From assembly GCA_012972825.1 (NCBI GenBank), contig JABDHL010000026.1, forward strand, positions 40,019 to 104,018: DNA of 64,000 bases, in the 5' to 3' direction. The stretch is from Chlorobiaceae bacterium. Lineage in GTDB: Bacteria; Bacteroidota; Chlorobiia; Chlorobiales; Chlorobiaceae. Positions 28,349 to 36,652 of this stretch are shown here, piece after piece. Below the pieces are notes generated by a model. The model saw only the letters and a program-made list of their open reading frames with translations. It was not told where the DNA came from and ran no database searches. Each line of letters starts with the position of its first letter. The stretch's first letter is position 1. The translations under genes were made by a program, and so were the position numbers.

Positions 28349-30886
28349 ATGGCTCATAAACTTTCGTTGTCGTGGTTAGAAAACTTCCTTGAAGAAGCCT
28401 GCGAATCGCTTCGCGGGAACATGGATGCTTCCGAGTATAAAGAGTATGTCATTGCCATGCTCTTTTTGAAAAGAGTCAATGACCAGTTTGATATTGAACG
28501 CCTGTTAAGGAAAGGGCAGCTTGAAAAACGCGGTGTGCAAGGCAAAGAGCTCGAAGCTGGCCTGGAGCGTGAAGACGCTTACAAGTTCTTTGTTCCTCAG
28601 CGTGCCCGATGGGAAATAATCAAGCACCAGAAGCAGGAAGTAGGCTCTGAGCTGATGAAAGCATTTGCCGAACTGGAAGAGAAGAATCTCGGCAGCCTTG
28701 AAGGTGTTCTTAAGCCGATCGATTTCAATAAAACCTTTGGCAAAAACAACAAGCGGATTACTGATTCAGACATGGTTGAACTCATCGGCCATTTCGATAA
28801 GGTGGTTCTTACTGATGACAATCTTGAATTTCCCGATCTGCTTGGTTCAGCGTATGAATACCTGATCAAATATTTTGCCGATAGTGCAGGAAAAAAAGGC
28901 GGCGAATTCTATACGCCTCGTACCGTTGTAACGCTGCTGGTAAACATTCTCGACCCGGCGCAGGATGCCGAAATCTGCGACCCTACTGTCGGTTCGGGCG
29001 GTTTGCTGATTGAATCGTTCAACCATGTCGAAAGCAAATATGGCAGTGCCAGAAAACTGACGCTGTACGGTCAGGAAAAGAACGGAACCACCTGGAGCTT
29101 GTGCAAGCTTAACATGCTCTTTCATGACATTCTGGATGCACAGATTGAAAACGGCGATACGCTGAATGACCCAAAGCATATCGAAGGTGCTGAACTGAAG
29201 CGGTTCGACATTGTTATTGCCAATCCGCCCTTTTCGCAGAACTATTCCACCGACAGCATGAAGTTCAAAGATCGCTATCAATTCTGGATGCCCACCAAGG
29301 GGAAAGCGGATTTCATGTTTGTTCAGCACATGATCAGTACACTCAAATCAACCGGGCGCATGGCTGTAATTATGCCTCACGGGGTTCTTTTCCGTGGCGG
29401 TGAAGAACGCAAAATGCGAGAGTGGATGATAACGCGTGGCTATCTTGAGGCGGTTATCGGTCTGCCTCCTGCACTATTTTACGGTACCGGCATTCCTGCT
29501 TCCATTCTGATTATCAATCGTGCCGGTGCAGCTACCCGGAAGGAGGTGCTCTTTATCAATGCCGACCACGAGTACAAAGAGGGAAAGGTTCAGAACACCC
29601 TGCGCTCCGAAGATATTGAAAAAATAGCTTATGTATACCGGAACAAACGGGCACTGGACAAATACAGTAATGTGGTCACTGTTGCAGAACTGGAAAAAGA
29701 GGAGTTCAACTGCAATATCCGACGCTATGTCGATAACAGCCCGCCTGCCGAACCCCACGATGTTCATGCGCACCTCAATGGGGGTATTCCGGGTACGGAA
29801 GTTGAAAACCTTGCCGATTACTGGAAAAACTATATCGGTATTCGCGAAAAACTGTTTGTGCCGGTCAAGAATACCTATTCGCAATTCGTGCCGGCTATTG
29901 AAAGCAAGGAGAGTTTAAAAGCATTTCTTGATGCAAGCACCGAACTGAAAAGCAAGCATCAGGAATTTGCGAAAAGCCTTACTGCCTGGTGGAATGAAAA
30001 CCTGCCGGCCCTGGAAGATTTGCCCAGAAAGAAGAACGTCTATGACCTCTACCATGCTTTTTCTGCGACCATAACCGAGCGCATCAGCAAGCTTGGTATT
30101 CTTGATGAATTTAAGAGTCGTGGTGCCTTTGCCAGTTACTGGAATGCTCTTTTTACCGACCTTCGCAGTGTATCGGCCAGCGGATGGAATGCTGACCTTA
30201 TTCCTGATGAGGAAATTCTGCAAAGCCAGTTTCCCGAAGTGCTCAAGGAGATGCAGGACAATGAGGCCCGGCGTGATGAGCTGGATGCCTTGTTCAAAGA
30301 GGTGAATGAACTGGAAGAGGGTATATGGAGTGAAGATGATTACGAAGTTTTCCCAAAAGATGAACTTGCTGAAGTTAAGTCACAAATCAAGGTATTTGGT
30401 GGAGAACTCAAAGAGATTACCCGTGATATAAAAAACAAAGGGAAGCAGGTTAAAGCACTGAAAAAAGCTGGTGAATCTTTTATCCCGATTGAACACGTGA
30501 TTGCCGAGATGGGAAACCTGGCAGAAGAATTAGCCAAACATATTGCCGAACAGGAAACGCGTATTGCCCGTCATACGGAACTGGAGGCTGAGCTTAAGGC
30601 CTGCAAGAAGATCATCAAAGAGATTAAAGAGCGCAAAGATAAGCTGGTCGAAGAGGCCCGCAATAAAATTGACAGTGCTGAAGCCAGGCAGCTCATTCTG
30701 GCGCGGTGGGAACGAACGCTTTACGCGACAGTAGAAGAGTACCTTGCGCAGTACAGCCGTACGCTCCGCACAAGCCTCGAAAACCTATGGGAAAAATACC
30801 ATCAGCCATTGCACAGTATTCTGAAAGAACGCGATGCTGCGAGTGTTGAGCTTGCAGGGTATTTGAAGGAGTTAGGGTATGAGTGA
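28349..30886 (+). CDS. hsdM: type I restriction-modification system methyltransferase subunit, long form
   Basis: From ATG 28349 (MAHKLSLSWLENFLEEACESLRG…). Motif I DPTVGSGGLL and motif IV IANPPFS. It carries a ~350-aa coiled-coil-rich C-terminal extension. Confidence 0.9.
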   Translation: MAHKLSLSWLENFLEEACESLRGNMDASEYKEYVIAMLFLKRVNDQFDIERLLRKGQLEKRGVQGKELEAGLEREDAYKFFVPQRARWEIIKHQKQEVGSELMKAFAELEEKNLGSLEGVLKPIDFNKTFGKNNKRITDSDMVELIGHFDKVVLTDDNLEFPDLLGSAYEYLIKYFADSAGKKGGEFYTPRTVVTLLVNILDPAQDAEICDPTVGSGGLLIESFNHVESKYGSARKLTLYGQEKNGTTWSLCKLNMLFHDILDAQIENGDTLNDPKHIEGAELKRFDIVIANPPFSQNYSTDSMKFKDRYQFWMPTKGKADFMFVQHMISTLKSTGRMAVIMPHGVLFRGGEERKMREWMITRGYLEAVIGLPPALFYGTGIPASILIINRAGAATRKEVLFINADHEYKEGKVQNTLRSEDIEKIAYVYRNKRALDKYSNVVTVAELEKEEFNCNIRRYVDNSPPAEPHDVHAHLNGGIPGTEVENLADYWKNYIGIREKLFVPVKNTYSQFVPAIESKESLKAFLDASTELKSKHQEFAKSLTAWWNENLPALEDLPRKKNVYDLYHAFSATITERISKLGILDEFKSRGAFASYWNALFTDLRSVSASGWNADLIPDEEILQSQFPEVLKEMQDNEARRDELDALFKEVNELEEGIWSEDDYEVFPKDELAEVKSQIKVFGGELKEITRDIKNKGKQVKALKKAGESFIPIEHVIAEMGNLAEELAKHIAEQETRIARHTELEAELKACKKIIKEIKERKDKLVEEARNKIDSAEARQLILARWERTLYATVEEYLAQYSRTLRTSLENLWEKYHQPLHSILKERDAASVELAGYLKELGYE

Positions 30887-31069
30887 GGAACAGTCTAAAT
30901 CCTTTGAAGTCATTCGAATACTGATTCTCTTGTTTTGATTCAGCGTGTTCTTTGCGCACTGCTGGAGCTTGTTATTTTCTTTTTTTGAATCCTTGACCGA
31001 TACCCATTCACCATCTTCATAGGATTCAAGGATATCCTTTTCTTCGTCATATTGAACGCTCTTTTTCAT
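30872..31069 (-). pseudogene. RHH/CopG (BrnA-like) antitoxin, 3'-truncated
   Basis: MKKSVQYDEEKDILESYEDGEWVSVKD…NKRISIRMTSKDL matches this antitoxin class up to the start of the ribbon-helix-helix region. It then runs into the hsdM 3' end and lacks the usual …GIPYQTLI… tail. Confidence 0.45.
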
Positions 31070-31275
31070 CTTTCTTCACTCACGTATTTGTTGGTAGCTT
31101 TTCTTCTGGGAATAATTGTCTTGAGAAATATCTCCTCATTACTCTCAACATGAACAATGCATTGTGGCTGGCGACTTATAATAAAAAACCCCGGGATCGT
31201 CACCGACTCAAGGTCGGGAGAGGATTTCTCCGAGGACTTCACAAAAAGTATAGCGTTTAAGGATGGCACATGCAA
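31066..31275 (-). pseudogene. BrnT-like toxin, 5'-truncated
   Basis: The C-terminus IFLKTIIPRRKATNKYVSEE resembles the BrnT …IRIISARKAT..E…Y ending. The conserved N-terminal F.WD..K…KHG region is absent. The upstream sequence is hsdM tail copy 2. Confidence 0.4.
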
Positions 31276-31305
31276 GGAAATTTTTCAGATTAGCTTCGTC
31301 ACGCA

Positions 31306-31380
31306 ATCATCGTTCTCAAAGAACAGGATGCCGCGAGTGTTGAACTGGCAGAGCATTTGAAAGAGTGGGGGTATGAGTGA
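31306..31380 (+). repeat. second, diverged copy of the hsdM 3' end (last ~22 codons plus stop)
   Basis: 31318-31380 aligns by hand to 30824-30886 with 53/63 identical positions. It translates as (QSIV)LKEQDAASVELAEHLKEWGYE*, versus HSILKERDAASVELAGYLKELGYE* in hsdM. The ATGAGTGA junction motif is retained. Confidence 0.75.
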
Positions 31381-31526
31381 ACAATTTTCATCGTGGACGA
31401 ATTTCCGGCAATAAAGGGGGGATGGAAGTGCAGGTTCGGAAGTGACGTCTTTTTAGGGTCGGTGTGTTTTGATGGGCAAAACTTGTTTGTTATACTGCAA
31501 AAGAAGGTTTTTGGGAAGTTATGAAA

Positions 31527-31557
31527 GATACGAAGGGAATCTTGTATCTCTTTTTTT
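31527..31557 (+). terminator. intrinsic terminator-like hairpin
   Basis: GATAC(G)AAG-GGAAT-CTTGTATC followed by TCTTTTTTT. Confidence 0.45.
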
Positions 31558-31695
31558 AATACGGTATTGATTGGATTATTCTGAATACATTGAAGGCATG
31601 TTATCCAGAAAGAATTTTCTGTTTTATCAAGATTATATATATCAGTCTAAACAATGTTGTGTAGACGCCTTCGGCGCAAAAAAAGAGATGATTAA

Positions 31696-32223
31696 ATGAA
31701 CAATTCACCTACAACTGTTGAAATTGCATATTGGATTGTATCAATTATTGCAATAATTATTGGACCAATAGTTGCTGTCCAAGTACAAAAATTCCTTGAA
31801 CGTAATAGATCTGCATTTAATCACAAAGAAGAAGTATTTAAAATATTAATGGCAACACGTGGGAATCCTTTGTCAAAAGAGCATGTTGAAGCTCTCAACC
31901 GAATAGAAATAGAGTTTGGTAATCAAAAAAGGTTTGTAAAAGTAATAGATTCATGGAAAACATATTTTGATCATTTGTGTATATCAGCAACAGGTGAATC
32001 AGCACAAACACAATGGAATATCAACAAAGTTGAATTACATACAGATTTGCTTTATCAAATGAGTCTTTCACTTCGTTACAATTTTGATAAAATAGCTATT
32101 AAACGAAATGTATATCAGCCTGTTCTTTTTGAGAAGCTACAAGAAGAACAACAGGAGATTAAGGATTTGGTTAAAAATGTTTTAAATGGCAACCAAGGAA
32201 TTACGGTAACTATTAAAGAATAA
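31696..32223 (+). CDS. hypothetical membrane-anchored protein (orphan cassette gene)
   Basis: 175 aa with one N-terminal TM helix (IAYWIVSIIAIIIGPIVAV). By eye it is visibly more AT-rich than the flanking genes. No motif was recognised. Confidence 0.5.
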   Translation: MNNSPTTVEIAYWIVSIIAIIIGPIVAVQVQKFLERNRSAFNHKEEVFKILMATRGNPLSKEHVEALNRIEIEFGNQKRFVKVIDSWKTYFDHLCISATGESAQTQWNINKVELHTDLLYQMSLSLRYNFDKIAIKRNVYQPVLFEKLQEEQQEIKDLVKNVLNGNQGITVTIKE

Positions 32224-32357
32224 TAAAGATACCCAACAACTGCTTCAACTTAATTCAGCGCATTCGCGCTTCACAAGCTAAAAAACTGTGCAACCTATTT
32301 CACTTGACAAGCTCCAATGCTATTGTGGAATTGTCAATAATACACATATAGGAGCTA

Positions 32358-32753
32358 ATGATGGACATTGTCATTGATACTTCGGCAATAATCGCGGTCA
32401 TTATAGATGAGCCTGAACGAAAAAGAATTATTGAATTAACAAGAGGAAATACACTGATCGGCCCTGGTTCTATTCCTTGGGAAATAGGTAATGCATTTTC
32501 GGCAATGTTTAAGAGAAACCGGCTGAGTCTTGAAGAAGCCAAAAAAGGCATTGAAATCTTCAATAGTATACCAATTCGGTATATTGAGCCTGATTTTGCA
32601 AATGCTATATCAATATCTCAACAAAACAATATGTACGCTTATGATGCCTATTTTCTGGATTGTGCTTTAAGGCAGGGAGCACCGTTACTGACAATGGATT
32701 CAAAGTTACATGCAGTGGCCAAGGATCTTGAAATATCAACTCTGGAGTTATAA
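32358..32753 (+). CDS. vapC: PIN-domain VapC-family toxin
   Basis: 131 aa. The N-terminal IVIDTSAIIAVI carries an acidic Asp, there are later acidic positions (YAYDAYFLDCA…LLTMDSKL), and the size is typical. Confidence 0.75.
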   Translation: MMDIVIDTSAIIAVIIDEPERKRIIELTRGNTLIGPGSIPWEIGNAFSAMFKRNRLSLEEAKKGIEIFNSIPIRYIEPDFANAISISQQNNMYAYDAYFLDCALRQGAPLLTMDSKLHAVAKDLEISTLEL

Positions 32754-32754
32754 A

Positions 32755-32973
32755 ATGCAAACCTACACAGATGCAGAGGCCAGGCAAAAACTTGCTATTG
32801 TTCTCGATCAGGCAGAAAATTCAGGTAAAGTTCTGATAAGGAGACAAGATGGGCGCATATTTGCCTTGATTCCTGAAAATATTGCGGTTTCTCCATTAGA
32901 TGTCCCAACCATTAAAGCTCACATTTCTACAAAAGAGATCGTAGATTGTATCCGTGAAGGAAGGGAACGGTAG
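32755..32973 (+). CDS. Phd/YefM- or VapB-like antitoxin (encoded after the toxin)
   Basis: 72 aa from ATG 32755 (MQTYTDAEARQKLAIVLDQAENSGKVLIRRQDGRIFALIP), 1 nt after the vapC stop. The track ORF starts upstream, inside vapC. Confidence 0.55.
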   Translation: MQTYTDAEARQKLAIVLDQAENSGKVLIRRQDGRIFALIPENIAVSPLDVPTIKAHISTKEIVDCIREGRER

Positions 32974-33037
32974 AACAATCCGCTCAAGCCGACTCGAGTA
33001 GTTTTGTTTTGTCTCCGGTCAGCACAACCGTGCATAA

Positions 33038-33066
33038 TGGGAAAAATATCATCAGCCATTGCACAG
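33038..33066 (+). repeat. third partial copy of the hsdM 3' region (WEKYHQPLH segment)
   Basis: TGGGAAAAATATCATCAGCCATTGCACAG matches 30788-30816 at 28/29 positions. The homology stops exactly where copy 2 (31306-31380) begins in hsdM coordinates. Confidence 0.75.
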
Positions 33067-33107
33067 ACGGATTAATCTCATTATAAACATTGATTTAAGG
33101 AGCTTAC

Positions 33108-33341
33108 ATGCCTATTGTTAAAGTTGTGACGAAAGCGGAGGCAAGCAAGACCGGTAAATCGCTTGACACGCCATCAAGTGCTCATGCAAATTCCACTACC
33201 GCAAAAACAATCGCCGAACAGTCAGTTACAAAACGAAAAGTCCATGAAGCGCCCAAGACAGGTTCAGTTTCTCGTGCAACCGCAAAAAGGGCGGTGAAAA
33301 AAGCTATTCTAAACCGCAGCCAGAACAGTAGCAAGAAGTGA
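33108..33341 (+). CDS. hypothetical small basic protein
   Basis: 77 aa, rich in Lys/Ala/Thr/Ser, with RBS AAGGAG 7 nt upstream. No recognised motif. Confidence 0.3.
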   Translation: MPIVKVVTKAEASKTGKSLDTPSSAHANSTTAKTIAEQSVTKRKVHEAPKTGSVSRATAKRAVKKAILNRSQNSSKK

Positions 33342-33342
33342 A

Positions 33343-33684
33343 ATGGTAACGTCACCGTACAACCCTTCCGGATTTATAAACTGTGAACTGACTTTTTACA
33401 ATACGCTGCTGATCGACATTAAGCAGCGTATACGGCAAGCGCAAACAAAAGCATTCATGACTGCCAATGCGGAAATGATTTCCATGTATTGGGATATCGG
33501 GTATATGATTCGTTATGCCAAAGAATACGGGACCTCAATTTTGCAACAGGCTATGGCAAAATTACCCGAGCAGGCCTTGCTTGCAGGTATTCTCTTGGGT
33601 CATCTCCGCTTATTTATTGAAAAAATTAGGGATTTACCCGTCCGATTCAGGGTGATGAGTTGGAATCAGGGGGGTGAGAGATGA
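33343..33684 (+). pseudogene. N-terminal fragment of a DUF1016 (YhcG-like PDDEXK nuclease) gene
   Basis: YNTLLIDIKQRIRQAQTKAFMTANAEMISMYWDIGYMI matches the DUF1016 N-terminus as I recall it. The rest degenerates and the nuclease core is absent. It ends in an ATGA overlap with hsdS. Confidence 0.45.
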
Positions 33685-34817
33685 GTGAGTCTTTAAAAGA
33701 CCTCTCAACGATTGAATACGGCGCAAGTCCTAAAGAAATTCGATCGAATGATTATACACCTATTGGTATTTATGGTACTGGTGGATTAGTCGGTTCGGCA
33801 ACAAAGCCGTTATTTCATGGCCCGTTGGTGGTGGTTGCAAGAAAAGGAACTTTAGATAAACCGCTTTATATAAATGGTGACTGTTGGGTTATTGATACAG
33901 CCTATGCAGTTTTACCAAATGCAAACGTTGATGCGAAATGGCTCTATTATAATTTACTGAAATTTGATCTTAAAAAGCTTAATGAGTCAACAGGCGTCCC
34001 AAGTATTAGCCGTGATTATTTATACCGGGTAACCTTTGAAACATTTGCACTCTCCGAACAACGCAAAATAGCCCGTATTCTCTCCACCGTTGATGCGGTG
34101 ATCGAAAAGACCGAGGCGGTCATTGCCAAGTACAAGGCGATCAAGTCCGGCATGCTGCGCGACCTATTTACCCGCGGCATTGACCTGAAAACAGGAAAAC
34201 TTAGACCGAGCTATGAGGATGCGCCCGAGTTGTATAAGCAGAGTGAGTTGGGGTGGGTTCCGAAGGAGTGGGAAGTTGTGAGGATTGATGAATTAGCATC
34301 GATGAAAAGTGGTGAAGGAATTACCTCAAAGTCAATCTTCGACTTTGCCCAATACCCTGTATATGGAGGAAATGGTCTCAGAGGTTTCACAACAATGTAT
34401 ACGCATGATGGTAACTATATTTTAATTGGACGACAAGGTGCCTTATGTGGAAATGTTAATCGAGTGAGGGGTAAGTTTTATGCCTCTGAACATGCTGTGG
34501 TTGTCTCAGTTTTTAATCAAATTTCACTTGGCTGGCTATCACAATTGCTTGATGAGATGAATATGAACCAATATTCAGAAGCTTCAGCTCAACCAGGTTT
34601 AGCTGTCTCAAAAATTCTGAGACTTATGGTGAAGAAACCACAGTTTGACGAACAAAATGAAATTTCGAAACATCTATTAAGCATAGATTCAAAAGCACAG
34701 ATAGAAAACAAAATCTTATACAAATACCAACAACTTAAATTTGCACTAATGTCCGACCTGCTCAATGGCAAAGTCCGGGTGAAATACAATGAACATATAA
34801 AACTGGAGGCGATATAA
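33681..34817 (+). CDS. hsdS: type I restriction-modification system specificity subunit
   Basis: 378 aa. Two variable halves are separated and followed by conserved helical spacers: LSEQRKIARILSTVDAVIEKTEAVIAKYKAIKSGMLRDLFTRGID and FDEQNEISKHLLSIDSKAQIENKILYKYQQLKFALMSDLLNGKVRV. Confidence 0.85.
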   Translation: MSESLKDLSTIEYGASPKEIRSNDYTPIGIYGTGGLVGSATKPLFHGPLVVVARKGTLDKPLYINGDCWVIDTAYAVLPNANVDAKWLYYNLLKFDLKKLNESTGVPSISRDYLYRVTFETFALSEQRKIARILSTVDAVIEKTEAVIAKYKAIKSGMLRDLFTRGIDLKTGKLRPSYEDAPELYKQSELGWVPKEWEVVRIDELASMKSGEGITSKSIFDFAQYPVYGGNGLRGFTTMYTHDGNYILIGRQGALCGNVNRVRGKFYASEHAVVVSVFNQISLGWLSQLLDEMNMNQYSEASAQPGLAVSKILRLMVKKPQFDEQNEISKHLLSIDSKAQIENKILYKYQQLKFALMSDLLNGKVRVKYNEHIKLEAI

Positions 34818-36652
34818 TGAAAGTATTTGAACAAGAGATAAATATTGAGCGCTTGATAGAATATGCTGAAACGGAAAAGCTTTGGATTCCGGAATTTCAG
34901 CGCCCCTTTGTCTGGGATAAAAATCAAATCCGTTTATTGATTGATAGTCTTTTTCACAACTATACAATTAGTAGCATTCTTCTTTGGGAAGGTGTAGCAG
35001 ATCTTGCACGTCGACGAGTCGGAGGCAGCATTAAGGAGATTAAAATTCCAGAAGATAACACTGCAGAAACTGCCATTTATTTACTTGATGGACAGCAGAG
35101 GACTACTGCACTACTGCTTTCTTTTACGGATAAGCCTGTTTATCAAGGGAGCAATATCAAAAAGCAAACAAAGATCGATATTTACTGGGATACAGATTAT
35201 ACTGGTGAAGATTCCGAACTGCGTTGGGTGCTGGGTGATGAAACAGTTCTCGATTCAGAAAACGGAGACACCCCTCTACTACTTGGTAAGTTAACGCAAG
35301 AAGAAATATTCCTCAAATACAAAGCCCGTTTTGTAAAAATAAAACACGTATACAATTGGTCTAAAGTATCCGCATCAATGCTTCCTATTATGGGCTATGA
35401 TGCAAATCTTTTCGTTGCTTACAATAACAAAGTTCAAGAAATTCAGAAGAACATACTATATCGTCGTGTCTTTGATATTGAGCAAAAGGGCAAACTCGAG
35501 CAAGTACTCGAAGTATTTGAACGGATCAATACCATGAATACGCGATTAAGCATATTTGATATTATGGTGGCAAAGACTTACAGGAAAATTGGAGATAATT
35601 TCTTTGATCTGCGAACATATCTTTCAGTATTAAATTATGAAGGAAATGTAAATAAAGATTATTTCTCTAATCTTAGCGATAATGGCTTGACGCTTGATGG
35701 CATCAAAGCGAAGCTTGAAGATGGCGATATGCTCGCGATTATCACTATTCTGCTGAAAAAAGAATATTTGCAAACTGCCATACTTAAATTGAGGACAGAT
35801 GAACTGATAGACAAGGTAAAGTATGTGCATGACCTTTTTCATCAGATACTATCAATGATGAAACAGCAATTATTTATTGAAGAGACAGAGCTTTTTAAGT
35901 ATCAGCCAATGCTAAAATTTCTTGCTGGTTTTTACGGGTATTTCGCCAATATTGACCTTGAAAAACAAATTTTCTTAAGCAGATGGTTTTGGAATACATT
36001 GCTTAAAAACCGTTATCCTGGTGCCCAGAATCAGCGAATTGCCAGAGATTTGAAATATGCTACAGAAAATACTCTCGCTACAGCTCTGGAAAAGATGATG
36101 CCCGATAATACCCGTACTTTCGGAAGTATACAAGCGGCAAAACCAGAAACTCCTGAATATTTTGAAGCTTATAAATCGGCAAGTTCACAGCAAATTTATC
36201 GAGCAATGCTGCTCTTGCTGAAAAGTAAAAATGCTAGGGACTTTTATAATGGGCTTGTACCTGCAAAAAATGCAACCATCCAATATACTTTGGAAGAGCA
36301 CCACATATTTCCTGACAATTCAGTTATCGGAAAGCAGATAAAACAACAATATTCCAACCATCTATACAACGACATCATAAATAATATCGCAAATATTGCA
36401 TTGCTGACAAAAGAGACAAATAATAACAGAATCAAAGCAAAAAACCCAAGCGAATACATCGAAGCATTTGAGACTGAATATACACGGCAGGGAAAGCTTG
36501 AAGAGTTTTATTTAATACTTGAGTCACAATTTATTACCAAGGATATGGTCGATAAACTTAAGGTCGATGATTTTGAAGGGTTTATTCACTTAAGAACTCA
36601 AGAATTACTAAGCCAGATAAATTTATTGTGTGATCTAAAGGTGGCACAATAA
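34817..36652 (+). CDS. DUF262/DUF1524 (GmrSD-like) protein, putative modification-dependent (type IV) restriction enzyme
   Basis: N-terminal IPEFQRPFVW and LLDGQQRTTALLL (DUF262). C-terminal EEHHIFPDNS … NNIANIALLTKETNNNRI (His-Me/HNH-like). TAATG overlaps with both hsdS and hsdR. Confidence 0.75.
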   Translation: MKVFEQEINIERLIEYAETEKLWIPEFQRPFVWDKNQIRLLIDSLFHNYTISSILLWEGVADLARRRVGGSIKEIKIPEDNTAETAIYLLDGQQRTTALLLSFTDKPVYQGSNIKKQTKIDIYWDTDYTGEDSELRWVLGDETVLDSENGDTPLLLGKLTQEEIFLKYKARFVKIKHVYNWSKVSASMLPIMGYDANLFVAYNNKVQEIQKNILYRRVFDIEQKGKLEQVLEVFERINTMNTRLSIFDIMVAKTYRKIGDNFFDLRTYLSVLNYEGNVNKDYFSNLSDNGLTLDGIKAKLEDGDMLAIITILLKKEYLQTAILKLRTDELIDKVKYVHDLFHQILSMMKQQLFIEETELFKYQPMLKFLAGFYGYFANIDLEKQIFLSRWFWNTLLKNRYPGAQNQRIARDLKYATENTLATALEKMMPDNTRTFGSIQAAKPETPEYFEAYKSASSQQIYRAMLLLLKSKNARDFYNGLVPAKNATIQYTLEEHHIFPDNSVIGKQIKQQYSNHLYNDIINNIANIALLTKETNNNRIKAKNPSEYIEAFETEYTRQGKLEEFYLILESQFITKDMVDKLKVDDFEGFIHLRTQELLSQINLLCDLKVAQ

